This document shows positions 8,821 to 17,550 of a stretch of DNA of 25,095 bases, one piece after another. The first letter of the stretch is position 1, and each line of letters opens with the position of its first letter. A program made the translations under genes and the position numbers. Location: assembly GCA_040260805.1 (NCBI GenBank), contig JBDQPD010000047.1, positions 1 through 25,095 of the forward strand. Reading direction: 5' to 3'. The DNA is from Myxococcota bacterium. GTDB lineage: Bacteria > Myxococcota > UBA4151. The notes beneath the pieces are model-generated. The model was not told where the DNA came from, did not search any database, and worked only from the letters and a program-made list of their open reading frames with translations.

Positions 8821-9534
8821 TCAATAAACGACAGCGACGCCCGTTCGAAGCGAGTATCGAGGGGAATAACCCTCGGCGAGAACGGTATGTTTGTAGACTA
8901 TCTGTCCATGCCAGCGATCGCTAAAGCGCCAGTAAAGGGTGGGCCCAATGCGCAAGGTCTGTGCACCATCATCTCGCAATCCGAGATGCATTTTGAACTT
9001 TAAATGACCCGATGACCCAAAACCATGCAGGTTGACTCCTGCGGCGCCATGCAGATGCGCCTCGAATAAGTCATCAACCCGACGAAAGACACCGACAGCG
9101 AGGCCGCCGATTGCGCGGTAGCTCTCCGTTTCGTACCCTGCGGTTAAAGCGACCTGCTCCTTGCGTTTGGAGCGCGCTGAGCTGGCTATCGGAACAAACC
9201 AATGCGGCGAGAGCGTCCATGAGCCACTGCGCCCATCAAGATTGAAGTAGCGTTTGATAGGAAGCGCTAGGGTAGGCGTCCCCAAGCCCACTTCACCGTC
9301 TAACCGGATGGGCACCTTGGCGGTCATACGAATCCATCGTTGCCAAGTGTATACCCCTTCGACATGAGCCCATTGGCTATCCTCGCCCCCATCATGACGA
9401 AGCTCGTGGACCGCCTGAACGCCCCATCCGCCAGCCCATCGAGGCATCTCACCAAATACAGGTTGCTCCGCGTCTGCGCTCGATGCGCCGAGGCAAAGGC
9501 TCAACCCAACCGCATAAGCTAGACATCTGCTCAT
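8821..9534 (-). CDS. Hypothetical secreted protein, probable outer-membrane beta-barrel
   Basis: Signal peptide ending in ADA; alternating aromatic/hydrophobic strands; C-terminal strand LRTGVAVVY ends in an aromatic residue. ATG at 9534 lies 1 nt after the upstream stop. Confidence 0.55.
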   Translation of the reverse strand: MSRCLAYAVGLSLCLGASSADAEQPVFGEMPRWAGGWGVQAVHELRHDGGEDSQWAHVEGVYTWQRWIRMTAKVPIRLDGEVGLGTPTLALPIKRYFNLDGRSGSWTLSPHWFVPIASSARSKRKEQVALTAGYETESYRAIGGLAVGVFRRVDDLFEAHLHGAAGVNLHGFGSSGHLKFKMHLGLRDDGAQTLRIGPTLYWRFSDRWHGQIVYKHTVLAEGYSPRYSLRTGVAVVY

Positions 9535-9535
9535 C

Positions 9536-9982
9536 TTATTGGAGCGATTGCCGTTCGACTTCGCCATCGATCAACTGGTACATTTCAACTGGATCGTAGC
9601 CTGCTCTTTGCACCGCTACTTTCAGCGCCTGCGTTTGCACCTTCTCACCACCTTTGACAGCGACCATCACGACTTGCGTCAGCGCGTTCAGCTTGACTCC
9701 TCGATTAAATCGAGTCTGGTCCACAAAGTCCATCGATGCGACGTGAACACGCACGCCGATGGCGCAACTCTGACAGCACATGCCCTTTGCGAAGAACGCC
9801 ACCGATTGTGGATTGGCGTTCAGCTCTTCGGTCACATTTTTAATCCGCTGCTCATCTGTGACCTTGGCGGCGCGCTCTTCTTTGGTCATCGCTTCGGTGC
9901 TTGACGAAGTGGGAGCCGTTGCACAGGCCGTCGCGGTTAGGGCAAGTCCTATGGCTAAACATGGAATGCATTTTAGGTACAT
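9536..9982 (-). CDS. Lipoprotein with a heavy-metal-associated (HMA)-like domain
   Basis: Lipobox-like LTATAC; FFAKGMCCQSCAIGV matches HMA GMxCxxC; terminal AVQRAGY matches the HMA end motif. Confidence 0.75.
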   Translation of the reverse strand: MYLKCIPCLAIGLALTATACATAPTSSSTEAMTKEERAAKVTDEQRIKNVTEELNANPQSVAFFAKGMCCQSCAIGVRVHVASMDFVDQTRFNRGVKLNALTQVVMVAVKGGEKVQTQALKVAVQRAGYDPVEMYQLIDGEVERQSLQ

Positions 9983-10003
9983 TGAATGACTCTCTCCCCG
10001 ACG

Positions 10004-10032
10004 ATTATAGATTGGTGTGATGGAGTATTCAA
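10004..10032 (-). promoter_or_regulatory. Putative sigma70-type promoter for the HMA/outer-membrane cassette
   Basis: Minus strand reads TTGAAT (10032-10027), a 17-nt spacer, then TATAAT (10009-10004). GGGGAG follows at 9999-9994 and ATG at 9982, all within an AT-rich patch. Confidence 0.65.
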
Positions 10033-10170
10033 GGTCAACTGATGATTCATAACAATATTTCCCTTGAGCGCGAAGCTACCTGCGACGGTCGCTTTGGTGC
10101 CGGGAATCAACCTCGAAAACGGGGGGCGCTGTCTGCGTCGAAATGTTGATCGTTTTGAATCGTGACCCAG

Positions 10171-10355
10171 CTACGAGCGGCAGCGCAGGGGCTTGATGGA
10201 TTGGGGGGCATCATCATCGCAGACATCGTCGCTGTCCTTGGCGCCATCGACCCAATCAGCTTGGTTCGAGCGAAAGCTTACGCGCTGATCATCGGCGACA
10301 CCGATCAAGGTCGTCGTGAGGAGGGGCAAGAAGATTGTCTTTCTAAGCGCACCAT
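10171..10355 (-). pseudogene. Decayed 5' remnant of a third Cys-rich repeat lipoprotein gene
   Basis: Translates to RKTIFLPLLTTTLIGVADDQRVSFRSNQADWVDGAKDSDDVCDDD. RSNQADWVDGAKDSDDVCDDD aligns without gaps to [21 protein letters not shown] of the upstream gene. CAAAR follows in a shifted frame at 10187-10173. Confidence 0.5.
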
Positions 10356-12353
10356 TCAGCAGCCTTGACCCATGCGCAGATCGCATGAGTTCAAGCAGTT
10401 GTCGTTTTCATTGTTGTTGCCGTCGTCGCATCGCTCTTCAGGATGATCGACTTGGCCGTTGCCGCAGGTCGGGGTGGGGCGGCAGCACAGGGCGCCGACT
10501 TGTTGCTCATTGCAGCCATAACCAGAAGTGCAGCTTGGACGTGAGCTGCCGTAATGGCAGTTGAAGGCTTCGTCATTATCAAGCGCGTTGTGCACGGTAA
10601 AATGACCGGCGCCGCTGCCACTTCGACAGTGGATTTCGCCCACGACCACGCCTACATTTTCGTTCCAACCGTCGTTGCGCCGGGTATACTGCATGTAGTT
10701 GCAAAGGCCCCATCCCACGGGACACAGTCGCTCGACGTCTTGTTCGCAGGTTTGGTTGTTGGGGTCGTCACAGATCATCATGTCACCGCCCGGAGACACC
10801 GAGACCTGAACCGCTCCATTTTGGCAGGTTGGCACGTCAGGCTGGCAGGCGTTTGAGCAGTCATCGTCATCAACCTGGTTCCCGTCGTCGCAACCTTCAA
10901 CGCCAAGCTGCACATGCCCATCGCCGCAACTCGCCACGCTGCAGTCGTTCAGGCAGCCGTCATTTTGAAGACCGTTTGCGTCGTCGCAGGCCTCGACGCC
11001 GGCTTGCACGTGTCCATCGCCGCACTGCGCCGCAGAGCAATCGGTAAGGCAAGCGTCGGTTTGTACTTCGTTGGCGTCATCGCAGGCTTCGAAACCCAGG
11101 TCGCCTTCAGCGAGGTCTTGGCGTGTGACTCCATCCCCGCAGCGGGCTGGTTGGCAGCCGTTCGTACACGCGTCATGGGCAACTTGGTTGTTGTCATCAC
11201 AGACCTCCACGCCGTCATGGATGATTCCATCACCGCAGCGCGCTGCGCTGCAGTCGTTGAGGCAGGCATCCGTTTGCAGCTGGTTGCCATCATCGCAGGC
11301 TTCGCCTTGTTGGACGACGCCATCGCCGCAGCGAGCGACCACGCAACTCTGCGTGCAGCCGTCGCCGTCGTTGTCGTTACCATCATCGCATTCTTCGCGA
11401 CCCGCCCAGACCTCGCCGTCGCCGCAGCGCGCAATGTGGCAGGTGGTCAAGCAGACATCGGTCTCGTCTAAGTTTCCGTCGTCACAAGCCTCATAGCCGT
11501 CTTGTTCTGGGGTCAGGTCGGTGCGCAAAATACCGTCGCCACAGACCGCAAGTTCACAGGCTGCGGTGCAGCCGTCACGCTGGTCCGCGTTGCCATCGTC
11601 GCACGACTCTCGGTCGGCATAGATCACCCCATCGCCGCAGCGCGCCGGGGCGCAGCTGTTGAGGCATGCGTCGGTGTCGACGGCGTTCCCATCATCGCAG
11701 GCTTCGCCGGCCTGAACGATCCCATCACCGCAGGTCGCCGGCTGGCAGTTGGCGCAGTCATCCGTTGGGTCTTCGTTGCCATCGTCGCAGCCCTCACCTG
11801 GGCCTAGGACTCCGTCGCCGCAGCGCGCCTCAGTGCAGTCGTTTCTGCAGGCGTCCGTGTCGTCCTCGTTGCCATCATCACAGGCTTCGTGGCCGGCGTC
11901 GCTCTCAAGAAGGTCGCTTCGTCGTTCACCGTCGCCGCAGCGGGCTAACACGCAGCCGGAGAGGCAGCCGTCATCGTTTCGATCATTGCCATCGTCACAA
12001 GCTTCAAAGGCCGGTTGCCCCTCGCTGAGGTCTTGTCGAGTGATGCCATCACCGCAGACCGCTTGAGCGCACCCCATCGTGCAGCCATCCGTGTCGACTT
12101 CGTTGCCGTCATCGCAGGCTTCAAAACTTGGGTCCGCGGGATCCAAATCCGAACGCGTCACGCCGTCTCCGCACGCCGCGAGAGTGCACATGCCTGTGCA
12201 GCCATCTGTATTTTCGAGGTTGCCATCATCGCAGACTTCGCCCGCTTCGATGCTCCCGTTACCGCAGCTCGCTTGAGTCTCGCGCACGACGACTTGGTCG
12301 CCACAGGCAAGAAGCATAGAACAGCTCAATGAGAACCAAAGAATCCGTTGCAT
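10356..12353 (-). CDS. Cys-rich repeat (DUF4215-type) lipoprotein with an inserted non-repeat domain near the C-terminus
   Basis: Lipobox MLLAC; RBS-like AAGGGGG; 14 CG[DN]G units, a ~126-aa Cys-rich unique domain (10844-10467), then a 15th unit. Confidence 0.9.
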   Translation of the reverse strand: MQRILWFSLSCSMLLACGDQVVVRETQASCGNGSIEAGEVCDDGNLENTDGCTGMCTLAACGDGVTRSDLDPADPSFEACDDGNEVDTDGCTMGCAQAVCGDGITRQDLSEGQPAFEACDDGNDRNDDGCLSGCVLARCGDGERRSDLLESDAGHEACDDGNEDDTDACRNDCTEARCGDGVLGPGEGCDDGNEDPTDDCANCQPATCGDGIVQAGEACDDGNAVDTDACLNSCAPARCGDGVIYADRESCDDGNADQRDGCTAACELAVCGDGILRTDLTPEQDGYEACDDGNLDETDVCLTTCHIARCGDGEVWAGREECDDGNDNDGDGCTQSCVVARCGDGVVQQGEACDDGNQLQTDACLNDCSAARCGDGIIHDGVEVCDDNNQVAHDACTNGCQPARCGDGVTRQDLAEGDLGFEACDDANEVQTDACLTDCSAAQCGDGHVQAGVEACDDANGLQNDGCLNDCSVASCGDGHVQLGVEGCDDGNQVDDDDCSNACQPDVPTCQNGAVQVSVSPGGDMMICDDPNNQTCEQDVERLCPVGWGLCNYMQYTRRNDGWNENVGVVVGEIHCRSGSGAGHFTVHNALDNDEAFNCHYGSSRPSCTSGYGCNEQQVGALCCRPTPTCGNGQVDHPEERCDDGNNNENDNCLNSCDLRMGQGC

Positions 12354-12411
12354 CAGACCCCCTTTGTTTGTTCAGCCTAAGCTATTGAGGGCACGCCTGC
12401 AAAGCGCCTGT

Positions 12412-13716
12412 TTAGAGGCTGACGATGCCGTTCGAATCGCCAAAGCTTTCGGTCTCAAGGCCCATCTGTCGAGCGATCGCTACAAACAGGTTGGCGATCG
12501 GTGTCGTCTCCGCCACGCGGTCATGCGTACCCTGGTTTAGACCGATGCCTTCACCACCAGCGAGAAGGACCGGCAGGTTGTGGTGGCGATGACGGTTGCC
12601 ATCTTCCACCTCAGAACTAAAGAACACCAAGGTGTTGTCCAAGAGGTTGCCTTGTCCGTCAGGAATCGCTGCCAAGCGATTGAGCAGATAAGCCACTTGT
12701 TCCAGCTCCCAAGTGGCGATGTGAATCAGCTGATTGATCATGCCTTGGTCGTTTTGGTGATGGCTCAGGGTGTGGTGTCCTTCCGCAATTCCAAGGTGCG
12801 GCATCGGGCGATTCGAGCCCGCATTGCCCAACATATAGGTGGCGACAGGGGTGAGATCGCATTGAAAGGCGAGGACCAGGAGGTCCAGCATCTGTCGAAC
12901 TTGAGCCGTTAGATCCACCGGCTCACCAGGAGCACTGCCGGGCGCACAGACCTGATTTTGCGAGAAGTCCATCTGTCGCTCAAGCTCACGCACAGCGGTG
13001 AGGTACTGATCCAGCTTGGCTTGATCGTCGACCCCGAGTCGGCGCTGCAGCGCCTGCGCATCGGTGAGCAGATAATCGAGCATACTTCGCCGCTGCAGCG
13101 CTTTCCGAGCACGCGCTTCTGCCGATAACTGAACGGCCGCTGAGCCAAAAAGACGATTGAACAACAGCCGCGGTCTGGTCTCTCGAGGTGCCGGAGTGCT
13201 CTCATCGATCCAGGAGATGTTGCGGCTGTAGGCGCAGCTGTAACCAGAGTCGCAGCCGCCGGCGTTCCCGCCGCCCTCGGACGCGAGCGCCATGCTCTTG
13301 AATCGGTAGTCGCTACCCAGCTGGTTGGCGATGAGCTGGTCCAGGCTGATGCCGTTGCGAATGCCTGCGCCTTCTGTTTTGTAGCAGTGTGCAGCGGTCA
13401 AAAATGAGCCGGTCCCGGCGGCGTGGTCGCCCGGCCCATCTGGACGGGCAGGGTCGTTGCGCAAGCCGCTGATCACTCGACAGCGATTTTGCAGCGCCGC
13501 TAGGGGTGTGAGGATGGGCTTGAGGTCAAAGTCGGCGCCCTCGCGGTCCGGCGTCCAGCCGATGGATTGGATACCGTTTGGGACGTAAAAAGCGAGGAAC
13601 CGTTTGGCGGCTTCTGGATCGGACGCCCAGGCTGAGCGCGGCAGCGCGCTGGGCAGTAAGGGGAGCATGAGCGTCCCGCCCAAGCCTCTTAGGAACTGGC
13701 GTCGATTGATACTCAT
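12412..13716 (-). CDS. DUF1552 family Tat-exported protein
   Basis: Twin-arginine signal MSINRRQFLRGLGG; FYVPNG, SLDQLIA, CDSGYSCAYSRNISW, LAFQCDLTPVATY, HHTLSHH, LLDNT, NLPVLLAGG. 4-nt overlap with the upstream DUF1592-type gene. Confidence 0.88.
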   Translation of the reverse strand: MSINRRQFLRGLGGTLMLPLLPSALPRSAWASDPEAAKRFLAFYVPNGIQSIGWTPDREGADFDLKPILTPLAALQNRCRVISGLRNDPARPDGPGDHAAGTGSFLTAAHCYKTEGAGIRNGISLDQLIANQLGSDYRFKSMALASEGGGNAGGCDSGYSCAYSRNISWIDESTPAPRETRPRLLFNRLFGSAAVQLSAEARARKALQRRSMLDYLLTDAQALQRRLGVDDQAKLDQYLTAVRELERQMDFSQNQVCAPGSAPGEPVDLTAQVRQMLDLLVLAFQCDLTPVATYMLGNAGSNRPMPHLGIAEGHHTLSHHQNDQGMINQLIHIATWELEQVAYLLNRLAAIPDGQGNLLDNTLVFFSSEVEDGNRHRHHNLPVLLAGGEGIGLNQGTHDRVAETTPIANLFVAIARQMGLETESFGDSNGIVSL

Positions 13717-15815
13717 CGCTCGCCCTCCTGTCGTGCGCGGCTCTCGATGAACAGGCGCGAGCTGGTGATGGTTTTGAACAAGGTCTTCACGCCCTGTCCT
13801 GAGGCTCTAAACTCGTCGAGGATGGCTTCTTTGTGGCATCGATCAAGGGTCCGAGGCGCTCTCGCTAGGGCATAGATGACCATTTGCTCGACAAAACATT
13901 CGGAGAGCCTCGGGTCATCGGCGATGATCTCTTGCAGCTCGGCGAGCCCATCAAAGGAGCGACCGTCCGGTAGCGCTCCGGTGGTATCAATCGCCTCGGC
14001 TCGACGCGCGCCGACTCCGTCGTAGCCGTCCATGCCCAAACCGATCGGATCCATGCTTTGATGACAGGCGGCGCAAGCTGGGTCTGCCCGATGTTGCGCG
14101 AGGCGTTCTCTAAAGGTGCCGCCAAGTTCGGGGTCATCTAGGTTGTCCTCAACGCCTGGTGGTGGCGGCGGCGGGGCATCGCAAAGAAGCCGTTCAAGCA
14201 CCCATTTGCCACGTTTCACCGGTGATGTTCGCGTCGGAAATGAGGTCAGTGTCAGGATGCTGCCATGGGTCAGTAGACCGCCGCGTCCGGCTGCTTGACC
14301 ATCGACCTCGAACCAGCCGTCATGCCCTTCGAGCGCTTGCCCTTGAGCTTCAAGACCGTAGTGAGCCTTGAGCCGATCATTCACGTAGGTTGGGGCGCTC
14401 GAGAACAGATCTGATAACGATTGGTCGCCGTTAAACAACCAGCTTAGAACCAGGTCGGTCTCTTGGCGCATGGCGCGCCGCAAGGGCTCATCAAAGGTGG
14501 GGAAGTAATGGTAATCAGGCTGGACGGTTTCGAGGTTCGACAGATGCAGCCATTGAGCAAAGAAGCTCTCGAGTAGTTGCTGTGCCTTTGGCGATGCGAG
14601 CATCCGATCGACCTGGGTCTCAAACCCTTCGCTTTGGTCGAGCTGACCTAAGCGGGCGGCTTCGAGCAGCGCAGGGTCCGGCGGCGCATCCCATAAGAAA
14701 AAGGCCAAGCGAGTCGCCAGCTCGTAGCCGTTGAGCCGAGCCGGTTCAGGGCCCACCGAGGGCTCGAGTAAATACAAGAGACGAGGCGACAAGACGATGG
14801 TCTTGAGTCCGACATGCAGCGCCTCTTCCCAGGCGGCGCCAGCGGCAACGGTTTGGTTGATCAATTCGCTGTACCGAGCCCAGTCAGTCTCGCCGATCTG
14901 CTGACGCCAGGCACGCTCGGCAAAGCGACGCAGCGCCGGCATGACGCAGGACGCTCCGAGGCTCGTGTCGCAGTCGATCAGCCCTTCACGGATCGGGTTG
15001 TCGAGCTCAAGCTCAAACGGTCCGTTGATCTCTATGCGGTCGATGATCAAATTACGGTCGCGCTGGCTTGGGTCGGGCGCTTCAGGGTTGTAAAAGTCGT
15101 TGATAAACTCGACGGCAATGCGCCGCTCACCCGGCTCTACCGCCACTCGATGAACATGAGCAGCCGGAGCCCCTTCAGCGGTCACGTCAAAGGTGTGCAC
15201 CTCGGCGTTGTCGACCCAAAGGGTCATACGCGCCGGATCAGGACCAGCTTGTTGGCCATAGCCGTAGACGCTGATCTCATAGGTGCCGCCGGCGGGCGCA
15301 CTAAAGAACAACTCGAGCTCGCCGCGCGACCAAAGGTTCCAGCCGCCGCTTCTGTGCGGTCCGCCGACGCTCGCCGTGAGCTCTTCAGCCGGATAGATCG
15401 CCCGTTCAGCGGGCGGCGCAACCCGCAAGGCATCGGCTACCGCGATCTCGGTAATCGCCTCAGCTTGTTCTAAATGAACGGGCGTGAAACTCAGCACTTC
15501 GCCGAGATGATCAAAGCCATGTCCGATATCATCTTCTGGGAGATTTTTAGCCGTTTGCGGGTCCGCTCCGAGCAGATCATGAAGGACCTGTCCGAAAGCC
15601 CGTCGGCTGACTCGTCGCAAGGGTACAAAGCCAGGATCTAGGCAGGTGTCTTGGCTGCCTACATCGGGCGTTGAACTCGAGCCTGCATCGGCGAGGGGCG
15701 GCGCTGGTGTGCCAGGGCTTGTTCCTACGTCAGGCGCCCCGACCGGGCCGTCGCTTGTGCAGCTGACGAGCGCTGAAAGCATGAGCACTGAAATGATCGG
15801 ATGTCGAAATACCAT
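13713..15815 (-). CDS. DUF1592/DUF1588 (PSD/PSCyt-type) CxxCH lipoprotein with an inserted CBM60-like module
   Basis: Lipobox ALVSC; LRRVS, ELATRLAFFLWDAPPD, RGGLLTHGSIL, RTSPVKRGKWVLERLLC, heme-c motif CAACH (14075-14061); insert ending EFINDFY...DRNLIIDRIEI. Confidence 0.85.
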   Translation of the reverse strand: MVFRHPIISVLMLSALVSCTSDGPVGAPDVGTSPGTPAPPLADAGSSSTPDVGSQDTCLDPGFVPLRRVSRRAFGQVLHDLLGADPQTAKNLPEDDIGHGFDHLGEVLSFTPVHLEQAEAITEIAVADALRVAPPAERAIYPAEELTASVGGPHRSGGWNLWSRGELELFFSAPAGGTYEISVYGYGQQAGPDPARMTLWVDNAEVHTFDVTAEGAPAAHVHRVAVEPGERRIAVEFINDFYNPEAPDPSQRDRNLIIDRIEINGPFELELDNPIREGLIDCDTSLGASCVMPALRRFAERAWRQQIGETDWARYSELINQTVAAGAAWEEALHVGLKTIVLSPRLLYLLEPSVGPEPARLNGYELATRLAFFLWDAPPDPALLEAARLGQLDQSEGFETQVDRMLASPKAQQLLESFFAQWLHLSNLETVQPDYHYFPTFDEPLRRAMRQETDLVLSWLFNGDQSLSDLFSSAPTYVNDRLKAHYGLEAQGQALEGHDGWFEVDGQAAGRGGLLTHGSILTLTSFPTRTSPVKRGKWVLERLLCDAPPPPPPGVEDNLDDPELGGTFRERLAQHRADPACAACHQSMDPIGLGMDGYDGVGARRAEAIDTTGALPDGRSFDGLAELQEIIADDPRLSECFVEQMVIYALARAPRTLDRCHKEAILDEFRASGQGVKTLFKTITSSRLFIESRARQEGER

Positions 15816-15855
15816 GCGTTATCGTCGCACAGTTCCGTTCCGAATTTCCAGACCA

Positions 15856-17028
15856 CTAGGCACGTTTGAGCGTGAGCAGAGTGACTTCTTGCCGTGCACC
15901 GAGCCGAAGCGGTGGCCCCCAGTGTGCGGTCCCTCGGTTCACGTAGACCCACATGTTTTTGCGCCGATACAAGCCAGCGACCAGCGGCTGAAAGAGATGA
16001 ATGAGCACCGTGAACGGGAAGAACTGACCCCCGTGAGTGTGTCCGGATAGGATCAGATCAAAGCGGCCTTCGGGGATGTCCTTGAGCGAGCGAGGCTGAT
16101 GCGCCAGCAGAACTTTAACGTCCGCTGACTCTGCGTCCTTACAGGTCTTGTCGATGTCGCACGCGTGATCGGGCTCAAATCGTGTCGCTCGCAGATCGGG
16201 AATCCCTGCGATCATGACCGATCCAGCGCCGCGCTGATACAGCTGGTGCCCGTTGAGGTGGACCTTCCAGCCGTTCGCCTCAAGGTGTTCACACCAGGGC
16301 TTCCAGCCTGAATAATACTCGTGATTCCCAGTGCAGAAGTGAACGCCCATGGGCGCCTTCATATCAAAAAGCGGTGCGAGGTCAGGTGCTAAAATCTTGA
16401 CCGGACCGTCGACTAAGTCACCCGTCACTGCGATCAAGTCCGGCTCGAGTGAGTTGACGATGCTTGCGATTCGCTGTGTCTCTTTAGCGGTTGCGGTCGC
16501 CCCCACGTGGATATCGCTCACTTGAGCAATCCGCAGGCCTTCCAGGTCAGCAGGCAATCCTTCAATGGGTACCTCGACGGGTTCGACCTTCGGCGGCTGC
16601 AGCGCACCCCGAATCCCCGCAGCGGCGATCCCGGCGCTGGTCGCAGCGACCCCGGCTGTCGTGGCTCGAACCAAAAATTCGCGTCGAGCGGGATCAACCG
16701 GTTCCGCCTGGTTAAACCTTTGCCATCGCCCCCACAGCCAGAGCGTGACATCTCTTAGGATCAGCAAGGTGGCGAGCGCGCCGATGCTGCCCATCGTCGC
16801 AAACCCCAGGTAAGCGACGGTCTGTTGACCCGACCAGTCTCGCACCAAACGAGTCAGGAAGGCAGACGGGACGATCACCGCCACAAAAAGCGCAAGCGCA
16901 CGCGCCGAGTTGCGGGCTATGGGGTTCAAATCGTAAGGTCCGGTGAGACGCTTGTAGAGATAGATGGTCACCCCGATCCAAATCGAGTTGACGGTCAGAC
17001 CAAAGATAATGAGTCGTAAAGGAATCAT
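15856..17028 (-). CDS. Membrane-anchored YkuE-like metallophosphoesterase
   Basis: SDIH, TGDLVD, GNHEYY, LAHQP, SGHTHGGQ; three N-terminal hydrophobic helices followed by ARREFL. Likely start is the ATG at 17028 (MIPLRLIIFG). Confidence 0.9.
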   Translation of the reverse strand: MIPLRLIIFGLTVNSIWIGVTIYLYKRLTGPYDLNPIARNSARALALFVAVIVPSAFLTRLVRDWSGQQTVAYLGFATMGSIGALATLLILRDVTLWLWGRWQRFNQAEPVDPARREFLVRATTAGVAATSAGIAAAGIRGALQPPKVEPVEVPIEGLPADLEGLRIAQVSDIHVGATATAKETQRIASIVNSLEPDLIAVTGDLVDGPVKILAPDLAPLFDMKAPMGVHFCTGNHEYYSGWKPWCEHLEANGWKVHLNGHQLYQRGAGSVMIAGIPDLRATRFEPDHACDIDKTCKDAESADVKVLLAHQPRSLKDIPEGRFDLILSGHTHGGQFFPFTVLIHLFQPLVAGLYRRKNMWVYVNRGTAHWGPPLRLGARQEVTLLTLKRA

Positions 17029-17094
17029 GGTGCCGGACCCTACAAAAGCAGAGGCAAAGCACCTAATACAAAGCACGAAAAAAGGAGCCTTCGT

Positions 17095-17550
17095 TTGCAG
17101 GTCCTTGTACTCATGGTGTTTTTGGCTTCGCCGCCGATGGTAACCGCCCCCGAAAACGTACCCCACGCTGCGTCGGCTTGGCCGGTTGTGGGCGAATCCT
17201 TGCTCGGCGCAGCGCTCGGAACGGGCGTAAGTTTAGTCGCCGCTCAAGGGCTGGCTGGCTGGTCCAATGATCTGGTGGCTGGGCTCGCTCCTTCGTTGCT
17301 GATCGGCGCTTTAGGACCTGGCTTAGCCGGGCATTTTAGTCTCAGGCGCAGCGCCCGCAAGAGGGGCTTGCGTTTGCACCGTCCGCTGCTCGCAGCGAGC
17401 GCCGCCGGATTAGCGAGCGCTGTCACCTTTACCGGTTTGGTGATGACCCAGCAAAGCAGCGGTCAGGCGCTCGGCGTCGTCGGTTACCTCAGCCTCGGTA
17501 CGGTGTTGCCGGTGGTCGCTCAATGGTGGGCTTTGGAGCCCGCTCGATGA
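17095..17550 (+). CDS. Hypothetical membrane protein
   Basis: TTG start 7 nt after AGGAG (17083-17087); several Gly/Ala/Leu-rich hydrophobic helices; stop overlaps the next start as ATGA. Confidence 0.6.
   Translation: MQVLVLMVFLASPPMVTAPENVPHAASAWPVVGESLLGAALGTGVSLVAAQGLAGWSNDLVAGLAPSLLIGALGPGLAGHFSLRRSARKRGLRLHRPLLAASAAGLASAVTFTGLVMTQQSSGQALGVVGYLSLGTVLPVVAQWWALEPAR

Noticed and set aside
10010..10038. TTGACCTT as a CueR/MerR-type operator-promoter upstream of the HMA gene
   Set aside because: TTGACC is 23 nt from TATAAT rather than 19-20, the dyad second half is absent, and no MerR gene is in the window.
10326..10358. Selenocysteine readthrough of the TGA after the terminal Cys
   Set aside because: The in-frame continuation is short, unrelated to the repeats and soon stops again; no convincing SECIS was seen.
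2023..10904. Invertible segment (shufflon) swapping tips between the oppositely oriented Cys-repeat genes
   Set aside because: The geometry would allow it, but the junction repeats differ at most synonymous positions, I saw no identical inverted repeat, and no recombinase is present.
3264..17166. Longer ORF-track N-termini (starts at 3356, 4071, 7413, 9567, 17166)
   Set aside because: Most overlap neighbouring genes or add non-homologous sequence. Downstream ATGs give tight coupling, an RBS or proper signal peptides.
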